Translations under genes and position numbers: made by a program | The notes under the pieces: generated by a model | Told to the model about the DNA's origin: nothing | Seen by the model: the letters and a program-made list of their open reading frames with translations, nothing else | Databases searched by the model: none | In this document: positions 49,513 to 61,306 of the stretch, piece after piece | How positions within the stretch are numbered: the stretch's first letter is position 1 | How the letters are laid out: each line of letters begins with the position of its first letter | Assembly (NCBI RefSeq): GCF_048593235.1 | Contig: NC_133622.1 | Location: 236,933,198 to 236,997,197 of the forward strand | Source: Sminthopsis crassicaudata | Lineage: Eukaryota | Length of the DNA stretch: 64,000 nt | Reading direction: 5' to 3'

Positions 49513-50241
49513 GACAGAATTACAGCAGACAAATGTGAGCACCAGCCTCAGAATGGCTTTGGTGGATCTAGTCTCAGGGGAAGTTCTGAGGGTGGGCTTA
49601 ATGCTGTGAATGTGTCTCTCATTGTGTCTGTGCAATATAAATACCATTTAGCCACTTGAGCCAACCATGAGACTCACAAACAGAGCATTAACAACTGACT
49701 GACAAATTAAAATTTTTATAATATTCATGGCTTGCAAGTCTAAAGAATTATGTCCAATCCCCCACCTTTCATTACTTCTGTTTCTTGGGCTACTATAATT
49801 CATAGGTTCAGCAATATCAAGAAGAAGATTGAAAATCCAGCTGAGCATACAGCAGGAAGGAATACACTTTTGGGTTCTAGTTTTAAGTTGTGCCCACTTA
49901 AGGCTGCTGGGGCTGATGGTGATGGCCTGGACGACACTCAGGAGGCAGCTGCAAAGAGAAAGGCCCCGGGTCACTCTTATGAGGTAATATACAATTTTAC
50001 CCATTGTTTCATCTAGGAAAGATATCCATCCCCAAATGGTTATTATTGTAGGGATGCCTCTGAAAACAATCATTAAGACATGGGCAAAAGCCAAATTGAT
50101 GATGATCAGGCTGATGAGGCTTTTTCTGTGAGCAGTGATGAATTTATGAACGTGCAGACAAAGAAGGGACATGTTGCCCAGAACTCCAAAGAAAAGCATG
50201 GTCAAGTACACAATGACCAAGCTGTCTTTATGAAAGCTCAT
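49513..50241 (-). pseudogene. V1R pseudogene (V1R-B')
   Basis: Same TAA stop (49648-49650) and 3' deletion as 20163-20891. Confidence 0.93.
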
Positions 50242-52467
50242 TCCTTGAGGGATTCTTTGGAGAACTTTGCTATCAGATGCAAAATGACCTGGGCAGAAAC
50301 ACAGGAGCATGTGACATTTCCAGTGTGAGGAATTCCCAATTCTACAACCTACTCCCTTTCTTTTTGAGGAGTGTTTTACCTGCAAAGATAAATAGTAACA
50401 TACTAATATTCATGAGAAAAATATTTAGTGTATCAACCCACAAGTATTTATTACTCATTAACTGTGTATCCTAGGATAAAACCCATCTGTCTCCTCTTGA
50501 GATATAATCATTACCTTCTTACCACCATGACTTTGGATTGACCCTAGAATCCTCAGTTGTCATGGACAAACTTTTTTCTTATGTTTCCAGAGCCTATGTT
50601 TCTCTAACCTATTTCTTTTCCTTTATTTCATGTGCTATGGCACTTGTCCCAGTTCCCCTTTTTAGAATCTTCCATTTTTTGTTCTTTCAATAGAATGTAA
50701 GATCTATGAGGAAAGATACTGTCTTGGATGCTTTTACTCTTTTTACTATTACTTAGCATACTTCCTGGAGCATATACAGTTTACTTTGTAAACCTTAAAG
50801 TGCTATAAAAATGCTAACTCATTATTATTGAATTATAGTTTGAATTCTAATACTGGTAGGCTCTTTTCTTTCCATGTTTTTTTCTCATCATTTTCCCTGA
50901 AATTCTTCTTTTTCCACTAGATGTGTCATTATTTTTCTATTCCTAAGAATCCATTGGTAGTGTTGCTTAGTTTACTTATGAGGAATTTATATATTTTTTC
51001 AACTATTTTGTCTAATTCCATAAAGAATATTTTGCAATTGTATTAATTTAACTGATGGATAAATTGATAGGTTGAAATTGTGAATGCATCCAGCATTTCT
51101 GGAGAGCAATTTGGAACTATGCTCAAACTGTGCATATCCTTTGATCCAGCAGTGTTCCTACTGGGCTTATATCCCAAAGAAATGTTAAAGAAGGGAAAGG
51201 GACCTGTGTGTACAAGAATGTTTGTGGCAGCCCTCTTTGTAGTGGCCAGAAACTGGAAACTGAGTGGATGGCCATCAATGGGAGAATGGCTGAATAAATT
51301 GTGGAATATGAATTTTATGGAATATTATTTTTCTGTAAGAAATGATGAGCAGTATGATTTCAGAAAGGCCTGGAGAGACTTACATGAACTGATGCTGAGT
51401 GAAATGAGCAGGACCAGGAGATCATTATATACTTGAACAATACTATATGATGATCAATTCTGATGGACGTGGTCCTCTACAACAATGAGATGAACCAAAT
51501 CAGTTCCAATAGAGTAGTAATAAATTGAACCAGCTACACTCATCAAAAAAACTCTGGGAGATGACTATGAACCACTACATAGAATTTCCTCTATTTTTGT
51601 CCACATGCATTTTTTATTTCCTTCATAGGCTAATTGTACACTATTTCAAACTCCGATTATTTTTGTACAGCAAAATAACTGTTTGGACTTATATACATAT
51701 ATTGTATTTAATTTATACTATAACATATTGATATTAATATTAATTTTCAATTAACCCTTTTGTTTTGTTTTTATTCCTTGATTTTATGAGAATAGAAATT
51801 ATGAGAAAATATAACGAAACATGATATAATTCTAAAGTAATATCTAAGATGGTTGAAAGCATTACCCAACTCCAGAAATTGTATTTGTATACTTCTCTTA
51901 CATAACACTTTGGCATCTTTGTCAACTGGTTAAGTATAAGATGAAATTTATAATTCTTTTATCATTAGTGATTTGGAAGCTGTTTTTATGTGGTGATTTA
52001 TAGTTTACAATTCTTCTTTAAAAAAAAAACTGTTCATATTCCTTGACCACTAATCAGCAGAGAAATGCATGTTTTTGGTAGTTGTATCAATGCCCTATAT
52101 ATGTTGGATATCAGACACAATAATGATGTTTGCCATAGATCCACTCCCCTCCACAAATGAGAGTTATTTTTCTATTTTTATCGAATTTTTTGGACAAGTT
52201 TTTGAATTTAATTTAAACATGATTGAAATTATTTATTTTGGGGGAGATGAACTCTACTTTTTGTTTTGCTGAGGATTCTGTCTTTCCTCTTAGTTATGGA
52301 TAGTCATTTCTTCCATTATCCTCCACCTTTTTTTTTGTGATGTGACACATATGGGTGGCTCATCCATTTTGAGCTAATTTTGTGATATAGTTTAAATTAT
52401 TAATCTAATTCTGATGTATGCCTAGTTTTTTTTTTTTTTTAGCATTTTCCATAGCAGTTCTTCTCAA

Positions 52468-53397
52468 CTAGAGAGTATTTCTTGAGAAGAGTTCTTGAAA
52501 CATAAAAGAGTGGCAAAAAACCCTGGGTTTCTGGGTGTCAATGCCTATCAGCACAAAAGGGCTGACAATGGGATAAAACATGGAAAGTGTAACAGTGAAC
52601 TGTAGCCCCCAGTATCTGGTTTCTCTAGTAGAAGCTATATAAATAGCAAAAGGGGAGCTGACTAAGTTAAAGCAGACAAAGGTGACCACCAGCATTAGAA
52701 TGGCTTTCGTGGCTCTGTTCTCAGGAGAAGCTTTATGGAAATGGTTGCTGCTATGAATGTGTTGGACTCTCTGGTTGTGTCTATGCAGGACAGACACCAT
52801 ATAGCAACTTGAACAGATCATGAGACCCATAAACAGAGCATCCACAACTGACACAAAAATTAAAATTTTTATAATACTTTTGGCTTGCAAGTCAAAAGAA
52901 ACATGTCCAATCCTCCATCTTTCATTACTGCTGTTTTTTGAAGTACTTATATTCAGAGGTGTAGCAATATCAAGAAGAAGATTAAAAACCCAACTCAAAA
53001 TACAGGAGGAAGGAATACACTTTTGGGCTCTAGTTTTAACCTTTGCCCACTTAAGGTTGTTAGGGCTGATAATGATGGCCTGGAAGACACTCAGGAGGCA
53101 GGTATTACAAAGAGAAAGGCCCCGAGTTACTCTTATGAGGTAATTTAAGATTTTACCCATTGTTTCATTTAGCAAAGATCTCCACCCCCATTTGGCTATT
53201 ATTGTGGGGATGCCCCTGAAAAGAATCATCAAGACATGGGCCAAGGACAAATTGATTATGATTAGGCTTATGAGTCTTTTCTTGTGACCAGTGAAGAGTT
53301 TAAGGCTATGTAGATAAAGCAGGGACATGTTCCCCAAAATTCCAAAGAAAATCATGGTCAAGTAGATATTCTGCAGGCCTTCTCTATCAGAACTCAT
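52468..53397 (-). CDS. Vomeronasal type-1 receptor, intact (V1R-C', 309 aa)
   Basis: Differs from V1R-C by 2 amino acids (L35F, S>L in TM6) and 4 silent changes; acceptor at 53441. Confidence 0.96.
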   Translation of the reverse strand: MSSDREGLQNIYLTMIFFGILGNMSLLYLHSLKLFTGHKKRLISLIIINLSLAHVLMILFRGIPTIIAKWGWRSLLNETMGKILNYLIRVTRGLSLCNTCLLSVFQAIIISPNNLKWAKVKTRAQKCIPSSCILSWVFNLLLDIATPLNISTSKNSSNERWRIGHVSFDLQAKSIIKILIFVSVVDALFMGLMICSSCYMVSVLHRHNQRVQHIHSSNHFHKASPENRATKAILMLVVTFVCFNLVSSPFAIYIASTRETRYWGLQFTVTLSMFYPIVSPFVLIGIDTQKPRVFCHSFMFQELFSRNTL

Positions 53398-54031
53398 TCC
53401 TTCTGGGTCTTAGAGAACTTTGTTATCAGATCCAAAGTGACCTGGAGAGAAACATAGGAAAATGTGACTTTTCCAGAACAAGAAATTCCCAATAAAATTC
53501 TACAAATTCCTCAAAATAAAATTCCTACAAATTTCTCTCTGAGGAGTGGTAAGCCTTCCTAGATAAGTAGTACCATTCTAGTATTTGTGACACATGTATT
53601 CAATGAATCAACTCATAAATATTTATTATTCATTTATTGTGTAATTTAGTAATATACCACTTTGCATATATCTTCATAATATGCCTCTTCTCTTGGGCCA
53701 TGAGAATCAACTCCTTCCCACTAGGACCTTGGACAGTTCCCAGGATCCTCAGCTGTCATGTTTGAGTTTTTCATTTATCTTTCCAGGTCCATATCTTCAG
53801 GTTACTTCCTTTCCTTTACCATGCTATTACACAAGTCTCAGTTCCCCTTTCTGTAATCTTTCATTTTTTTTGTTCTTCCATTAGAATGTAAATGATCGAG
53901 GGCAGAGATTGTATTGAGTGCTTTTAATCTTATCACTAGAACTTAGCATGGTTCCAGAAGCAAAGCAAGGTCATTTTCATGGTCTTTTGAATAACTGGAA
54001 CTCTGCAGGTGTCAGCTTGGATCATTCTTAC

Positions 54032-54110
54032 TCTGGTAGGCTAAGTCACCAGAAATATTGGAATACTGGGGGATTGTTTTCTTTTGATGCTGAAAATTCA
54101 AGTCCTTAAA

Positions 54111-54160
<50 letters not shown>

Positions 54161-54186
54161 CACATGTGTACATGTAGACTGATACC
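54032..54186 (-). other. Putative non-coding exon 3 of V1R-C'
   Basis: Homologue of 24682-24834. Confidence 0.55.
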
Positions 54187-57100
54187 CTGAGGCAGAAATT
54201 AAAGAAAAGACTCCCTTGGAAACCGGATTAAATATCTGTCTCTTTCTCCCCTCTAAACATGTGGCTACACATGTCCACAACGATTTTTACAAAAATATGG
54301 AAATATACATTTTCTATAAAGGATCCATTGCACATAATAATTGTGCATAAGATGAAGAGTATATAGATCTAGAGAAAACAATGGCACTTCATGGTCCTCA
54401 TTTTTATCTTAACTGTACAAAAGTGTTGAACATATACAACCAATTCTATATACACTTATAGATATATACACAAAGCATTGTTTGGTAGTACTTTAAATTC
54501 AGCTGTGAAATTGTTAGGTTTGAGGGAAAGGAGAGGAAGGTATAAGCAGGAGGGGAAGTTTTTGAGACAGTATTCATAAATTAAACATCATTGGAGGCAG
54601 CGGAATCTTACAGATGGATTAAGAGAAAAGAAAGAGTAAATATATATCTTGGGATTGGTAGGGAAGACAAGAAAAAGATTGTGTCATTTATAGCCCATGT
54701 GTTGTTAGTCGAAGTGCTCTTTCCAACTTCTGCTTTGGAAAGAGGAGAATAAGAAGAAAAAATTAGAACAAGAGGACAGGATCAAAGGAAAAATAAAATT
54801 TAAATTATTACTGTGAAAATACATGGAAAACTTCATACACAGAATGGAAGAGAACAGTAGAATCTATTGCAAAGATGATTGCAAAAATGTCATTTAAAAA
54901 AATCACCTTTGCTGCACAAAGATTCATATAAAGGTAAAATAGAAATCTTGAAAATATCCATTGTGCTGCACATAAAAAAAACATTGGCAGCAGTCATGAT
55001 TTCAGAGAAAACCATGGCAAAATAGACATGATAAAGGGTGATATGTATGGAAAAATATTGTACTTAAGTGTAACATAGAAAAGATATAGCATATTAATTA
55101 TATGATATACACTTTAATTATGTATGCATTTTACATATATATATATGTGTGTATGGTCACATATATAGACACAAATAAACATCAGTAATATACATTATAA
55201 ATACACACATCAATCAGTATAGCAATTAAAATACTCAAAGGACAAATTAATCAAATTATAGGATGGAGTGCCAAAATAATCCACATTTGACAATCTTCTC
55301 ATTTCTGAGATACATAAGAATTGATTTACATTTGTAAGAATCAGGTCTATTTTTCAATGGACAAATTGTAGGATAGAAAAAGAGTTATTCTCAAAGGAAG
55401 AAATCCAAGTTATCAAAACATACATTAAAATGCCCAAATTTTTAATAAGTAGTGAACTACAAATTAAAGAAGTTCTGATGCTCCACATTATACTAATCTT
55501 TGGCAAAGATGACAAAAAAAATGACAAATGTTGGAAAAGCTGAGAGCCAACAGGCATATTAATGCAGTATTGATCTAAGCATTTTGGATAGTCTTTTGGA
55601 ACAATGCCCTATCCATCACAAATTTGTCACAACCTTTGGCCCAGAAATACACCTAATAAATGATACCATAAAGTATCAAAGTAAAGAGAAAAACCTGTAT
55701 ATATAAAATATTTATAGTAACATCTATCATAGCAACATAGAACCAGAAACCAAGATGTTACTTATAAGTTGGGGAATGATTGACCAAAATATAGTGTATA
55801 GATGTAATAGAAACCACTGCACTGCATTTTTTATAAAAATGATGAAACTTAGAGTTTCAGAAAAAATGAAAGATTTATATGAAATTGAATGAGAAGAACC
55901 ACAAGACAAATTCATACAATATAATAATTGTAACAAAAAAACCTTTCTAAATTTAAGAACTCTGATGATTTTAAGGATCAATTATTATTCTAGATGACTG
56001 ATCATGGAGTAAATAGAGAGAAGATTGAATCTCAATGCAAAATTACACACATGGTTTTTCTTCAATGACAATATAAGAATTTGTTATACTTTGTGCTTTC
56101 TTGTTACAAATATTTTGTTTTTCTACTTCTTTAATGGAGGGGGGGTAGGATAGAGAAAATAAATGACTGCTCCCTGAAAAATAAATGGCTTTTCTTTGAA
56201 AAATTAAAATTTGTGAAATAGCTGTAGGCTTCAGTGTATTCCTTTAAAACTTAGAGATATCTAACCAAAAATAAATAAAAAATGTGAAGATGAATAGAAT
56301 ACTAGGAAATTTAGAGTTGAGAAATCTCTAGTGATAATTGAATGAAAGAATTAAAATTTATCTATTTCCTAATCATGAAACCCTTGCAAAAATCAACCAT
56401 GGTTTTGGATATAAAAATTTCATAAACACAATAGCTAGCATTTATAGATAATTATCATGTTAATAATATATAGGATTGTCATACCACTTAAGTATTGAAA
56501 AATACTTTATATATATATTACCTTGATTTGATCATTACAAAAAATCTGGGATGTTTGTGTTACCATTATCCCTATTTTATAATTGAGGAAATTGAGACAG
56601 ATAGAAGTTAAACGATTTGTGGTGGGTCATATGGCTGATGAGTGTCAAAGGTAGGATTTGAACTCAAAAGTCTTCCTTACTATACATCTAGTGTTCTATT
56701 CATGGTACCACCAAACTGACACATGAAATGTAGAAGCAGAGAAATAGAAAATTCTCTTAATAGACTTAATCCCAACAAAATTTTCTTCAATGAAGGACCC
56801 TTGAACAAAGAAGTAAAATTGAATTGAAACTACATAATTTTGTACTAACGCATGGATAGACTGAAGAAAAAGTTACAGAAACAGAAATTGTCCTTGAAAT
56901 ATTTTTTTTAACTAGGAACATTCCAAAGTATATGGGATAATAATTAAAGGATGCAGCTACATGGTCGTTAAGTGAAATTTTTTTTATGTAAATGCTTTCA
57001 TCAACAAAAGCAAGAAAGGACAAATGAATGAACAGGCATGATACAAACAAATAGAAAAATAAGAAATCAGCTCCCTCATCTAACCACCAAAATAGAAATT

Positions 57101-59728
57101 CTGACAATTAACGAGGGAAAAAAATTCATAGCAGAATCACCTCATTGAACTGATATATAAAAGTAGGAATAAAAAATTAATAAAGTAGCTACACAATTCA
57201 ATTTGTAAGAGTAAAGAAGAAAAATTTTCATATTCAAACTGCAAATTCATTGCATTTAAAAATAAAATAAAGCAAGTTATCTGAATGTCTTTTGCCTAAT
57301 TACATTCCAAATAAATGACAACATATCTGAGATGAGCAAGTTACAAAAATCTTCACATCTAGGTTAATGGATACATGTATAAACAATTCTATATTAGAAA
57401 AAAAATTTAAAAAGAAAATTTGAACTTCCTAAGAAAAACTCCAGTATCAAATGGAATTGAAGATGAATTCTATATCAGTTATTTAAAAAACTCTGTACTC
57501 AGATGGGCTAATTAAGCAGATATCTAATTTAAAATTCTGTTGCTCAGGACAATCATCACAAAGATGCTCTGGGAAAGGAGATTAAAATGATCCTTCTAGT
57601 CAGTTTTTAGACAAATCAAGGATGAGAAGTATGGTCTGTGTTCTAAATTTCAGCATCTTGAGATACTACACCAGGGCCTTATCTTTGTTATGTTTATTAA
57701 TAAATTGTGATTTTTTAAAAAATGAATTCTATACTCCTTATTTTTTTCCAAGGTAACCTCCCTAGAAGCTGTGGAATGGTTAGCGTGATGGACTTAGTTT
57801 CAGGAAGATCTGATTTTAAATGAAGCTGTTGACATTTATTAACTACAGGACTCTGGGCAAATCATCTAAGTCCTGGTTTCCTCTTTCTCAACATCTGTTA
57901 GGATGAGCATAACTATACTATCCATCTCTTTATCTGTAAAATACTTAGCACAGTGCCCAGCACAAAATAGATATTTAATAAATACTTCCTTTCTTTCTTG
58001 AAAGTCTATATTATTACCACATGGAGAAAATTTCAAATTTAGTGAAGAATCATTAATTGTAAAAAAAAATTTCTGAGTCTGCCAGAATTTTGCTAGTGCA
58101 AACTGAAATAAACAGCTTACCAGTATGGAAGAAACGTTCTAATGGTTAAGATTGTACATCTGTCACTTGTAACTGATGCCATCCAGACATTTCTTAGTGT
58201 AGAGACCTTTGTGTCTTGTAATTTTGAATATTTTATATAGAATGCCTTTATTTTTCCTTTTCAGTATTAGGCAGTTTGGTATTATTTAAATTCAAAAGAA
58301 TTCTTCAAACCTCCTGCTTCATTACTGAACAGCAAACATAAACAAGAACAGATATTGTTTGTATGTGTCTATTATCTCACTCAAATATACTGGCTTTTCG
58401 GTGATTAATGGAAATTAATGGAAATGTCAGATTCTGAAATTTATTCTGACAATGAACTCAAGGCACTACTGTCTCTTGCAAAGTAATAGAACAAAAACAA
58501 TAAGCATAAAATAAATAGAGGTCACTAGGATTTAGCTGATAGAACCACCTACCTGTGTAATAAACATAAGGGCAAAAAATATTTATCATGTGGCTATATA
58601 GAGACTGTCTGATCTCCAATAGAGATTTTCAGGTATTGCTTTTCCTTCACCAAAATGGAATCTTTTTCCTTTTAAAAAGCAACAAATTGGGAGAGACAGT
58701 GGCTAGGATAATATTTTTAACTATAAAAAGATGAAATCATACTGTTTGATTTAAATAAGTTATTTTTATTTGAATATAAAAAAAGAAAAGCTATTCTATT
58801 CCAGTAGGGTTAAAATTAGAAACTAACCTGCTCTATGTTACCTCCCTCTAAAGATCAGCCAGATAGCATATGTAGTGTTTTATAAACCTTAAAGTATACT
58901 ATAAATTCTATTTAACATCAATTCTTGTACTCAACTGTGGCTTTTTGCACACTGAGATTCCTGTAGAAGTAAAAGATACAAAAGGACAATGGTTGGATGC
59001 CATTTTTTTTATAGATCCCAAAGTGGTACAATGATTAAATCCTGGACCTGGAGTCTGGAAGATTTAAATTCAAATCTATTTTCAGACATGCATTAGTTAT
59101 GTGATCTTGGGCAAGTCATTTAACTAATATTTTCTTCAGTATCCTTGTGTAAAATGGGAATATGACCCAAGACCGAATGAGATGATAGTGATAAAGTGCT
59201 TAGCATAGTATTTGGCACATCATTGACATTCAACAAATCCTTCCACCTTTCCCTTCTTCCAACATTATGGTATTCAAATTTCCTTAAAATCAGAAAAACA
59301 ATGCTGCCTTGTATTATCACATAATCTCCAAATGCATTGAAACAAAAGAGAACATTTTTCAAACATAGATGTGAAGAATCTTTTCCCCCTAAATTATTAT
59401 ATGAAACAGCCAAGTCAGTCCAACTCAGTGCATTTCCCCATAACCTCTGGCTATGGAAAGTTGAACACAATTTAAGGAAATAAGTTGATGCTCCTCTCTC
59501 TGAACTTTGGAGATGTGCTGAGATATATAGGATCAATCTTTGTAGTGCCCAAGGAAATAGAGGAAGAAGTGAAATAAAACATAGCAAAACCCCTAAATAC
59601 TAGCTTTTATTCCATCAGGGGCGTGATCTGTCTTGACATCTAAAGTCAGGTTTTTGTTTTCAACAATGAGGAAATTGATACTCAGAATATGAAAGTGAGA
59701 GAAAAACCTTCCATCCTATGTATCCTAC

Positions 59729-59917
59729 CTCAAATGAAGTGTTCTTTCCATTAGACCAGAAAACTTGTATTGCCATGGCCGGACAGAGAGGGAGTAGACA
59801 GACAACAAGGGACCATGCTTTTTCCTCTTAGTATAAAGAAGAATTTGCAGAATATGAGAAGAAAAGTGATTTTTTTTTTCCTGACTACCACTAACTGGCT
59901 GGGAACATGGAAGAGAA
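59729..59917 (-). other. Putative non-coding exon 2 of V1R-C'
   Basis: Same acceptor and donor as 30345-30531. Confidence 0.55.
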
Positions 59918-60382
59918 CTGGACAGGGGAAAAGAGAACAACAGGACATATGGAGGAGGTATCAATAAAGACTCAAGGACCCTGAATCTACAGCAAACTAG
60001 TGAGATATGTGTTAAACTGACATTGAGAGGATTCTGGGTAAGAAAGAGGGTAGCACCATTGCCAGACATGAACTCTCCCTCTTTTGTCTTTCTCCTCCCC
60101 AAACATATAGTATATGCTGCCTCCTATCATTTGGTGAGAGTGAGGAAGAGTGGGCTAAAGATTAAGTAAAGAAATGGAGAACAAAAGCTGGCAGTCTTGT
60201 TTCCAAAACCCAAGCCAGAATAGCCTAGAATAGTCAAAATGTCCTTCCTGTATCCCCCCCCAAATCATTATTCCTAATCATCTTTTCTTCCTTATTGCAG
60301 AACTGAAAGCCTGTGCTCTGGTTCCTGGAAGGGATTCTTGCCTATCCCTGTGTCTGAGGTTAAGGCCTTCCATATCACTCAC

Positions 60383-60790
60383 CAGACTGTTCTCTGCTGG
60401 GGCCTGGAATAGAATTGCAGAAGTCTGTGCATGTGTGTGTGTATGTGTACGTGTGGGGTATATCTGGGGCTGGAGTTATAGGGAGAGCAGACTCTGAGCT
60501 CATTTCCCTAAGAGCTATAATTATGATGTCATGTGTTGCAAGAGGAACACTTGACAGAAGAGGGAACTTGAGGGGTGTCTGAATTAGGAACAGAATTTTT
60601 CCTCATGTGAAAATTTTTGTCAACAATTTTTATTGATTAATGAGACTCTCCAAAGGAATATTTGTGAGTAACCAAAAAGAGATTTTCCTCTGCCTGTTGA
60701 GAGGAGAAAATTTTCATTTTTTTCATTGTCATTGCAAGGATGTGCTGCTAAATGTCAAACAGTTATTAAAAAAAAAGTACTCTGGAAAAG
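60383..60790 (-). promoter_or_regulatory. Putative V1R-C' exon 1 / promoter block (X5)
   Basis: Donor ctg|gtgagt at 60382. Confidence 0.62.
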
Positions 60791-61021
60791 CTGAAAAAGG
60801 TTTAAAAGGAAAGCTAGTAATTTAAGTTTTAGACAAAATGAATTTGGGATGTCTCCAGGACACACAGTTTGAAATGTACAATGGATAGTTTTTGATTCAG
60901 GTCTAAACTACTCCTGGGAAGTATTTTTGTTTATTTAGTACCAAGTCATTTGATAATTATGGGTTTTTAATGTGATTTAAATTCTATTTAATTTTCTTTC
61001 CTAATACTTTTTATCAGTATT

Positions 61022-61306
61022 AAGAAGAAAAACCCCAACCATAAAATCTTACTCTAGAAATGGGAGACTGGGATTCATCTTCAGAGAACTACAGTGAAAT
61101 AAAAAAAGCCTCATATTCCAAAGTGTTACATTAAATGGCTCCCCATCCAGAAAGATTTTATAAAAGAATTCAAAAAAGACTTTAAAAATCAAATGAGAAT
61201 AATTGAGAAAAACTTACAAAAAATAAAAACAAGAAAGCCATTTAGGAAAAATAAGAAAAATTTGAAAAAAAGTCCATCAACTAGAAAGGAGATGCAGAAA
61301 CTACAT
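61022..61306 (+). mobile_element. L1 ORF1 5' fragment, copy C
   Basis: Nearly identical to 31641-31926. Confidence 0.75.

Larger units (their letters stand above)
29308..58690. repeat. Tandem segmental duplication unit B (~29.4 kb)
   Basis: Collinear copy of unit A with the same TE insertions and TSDs; contains one N gap. Confidence 0.97.
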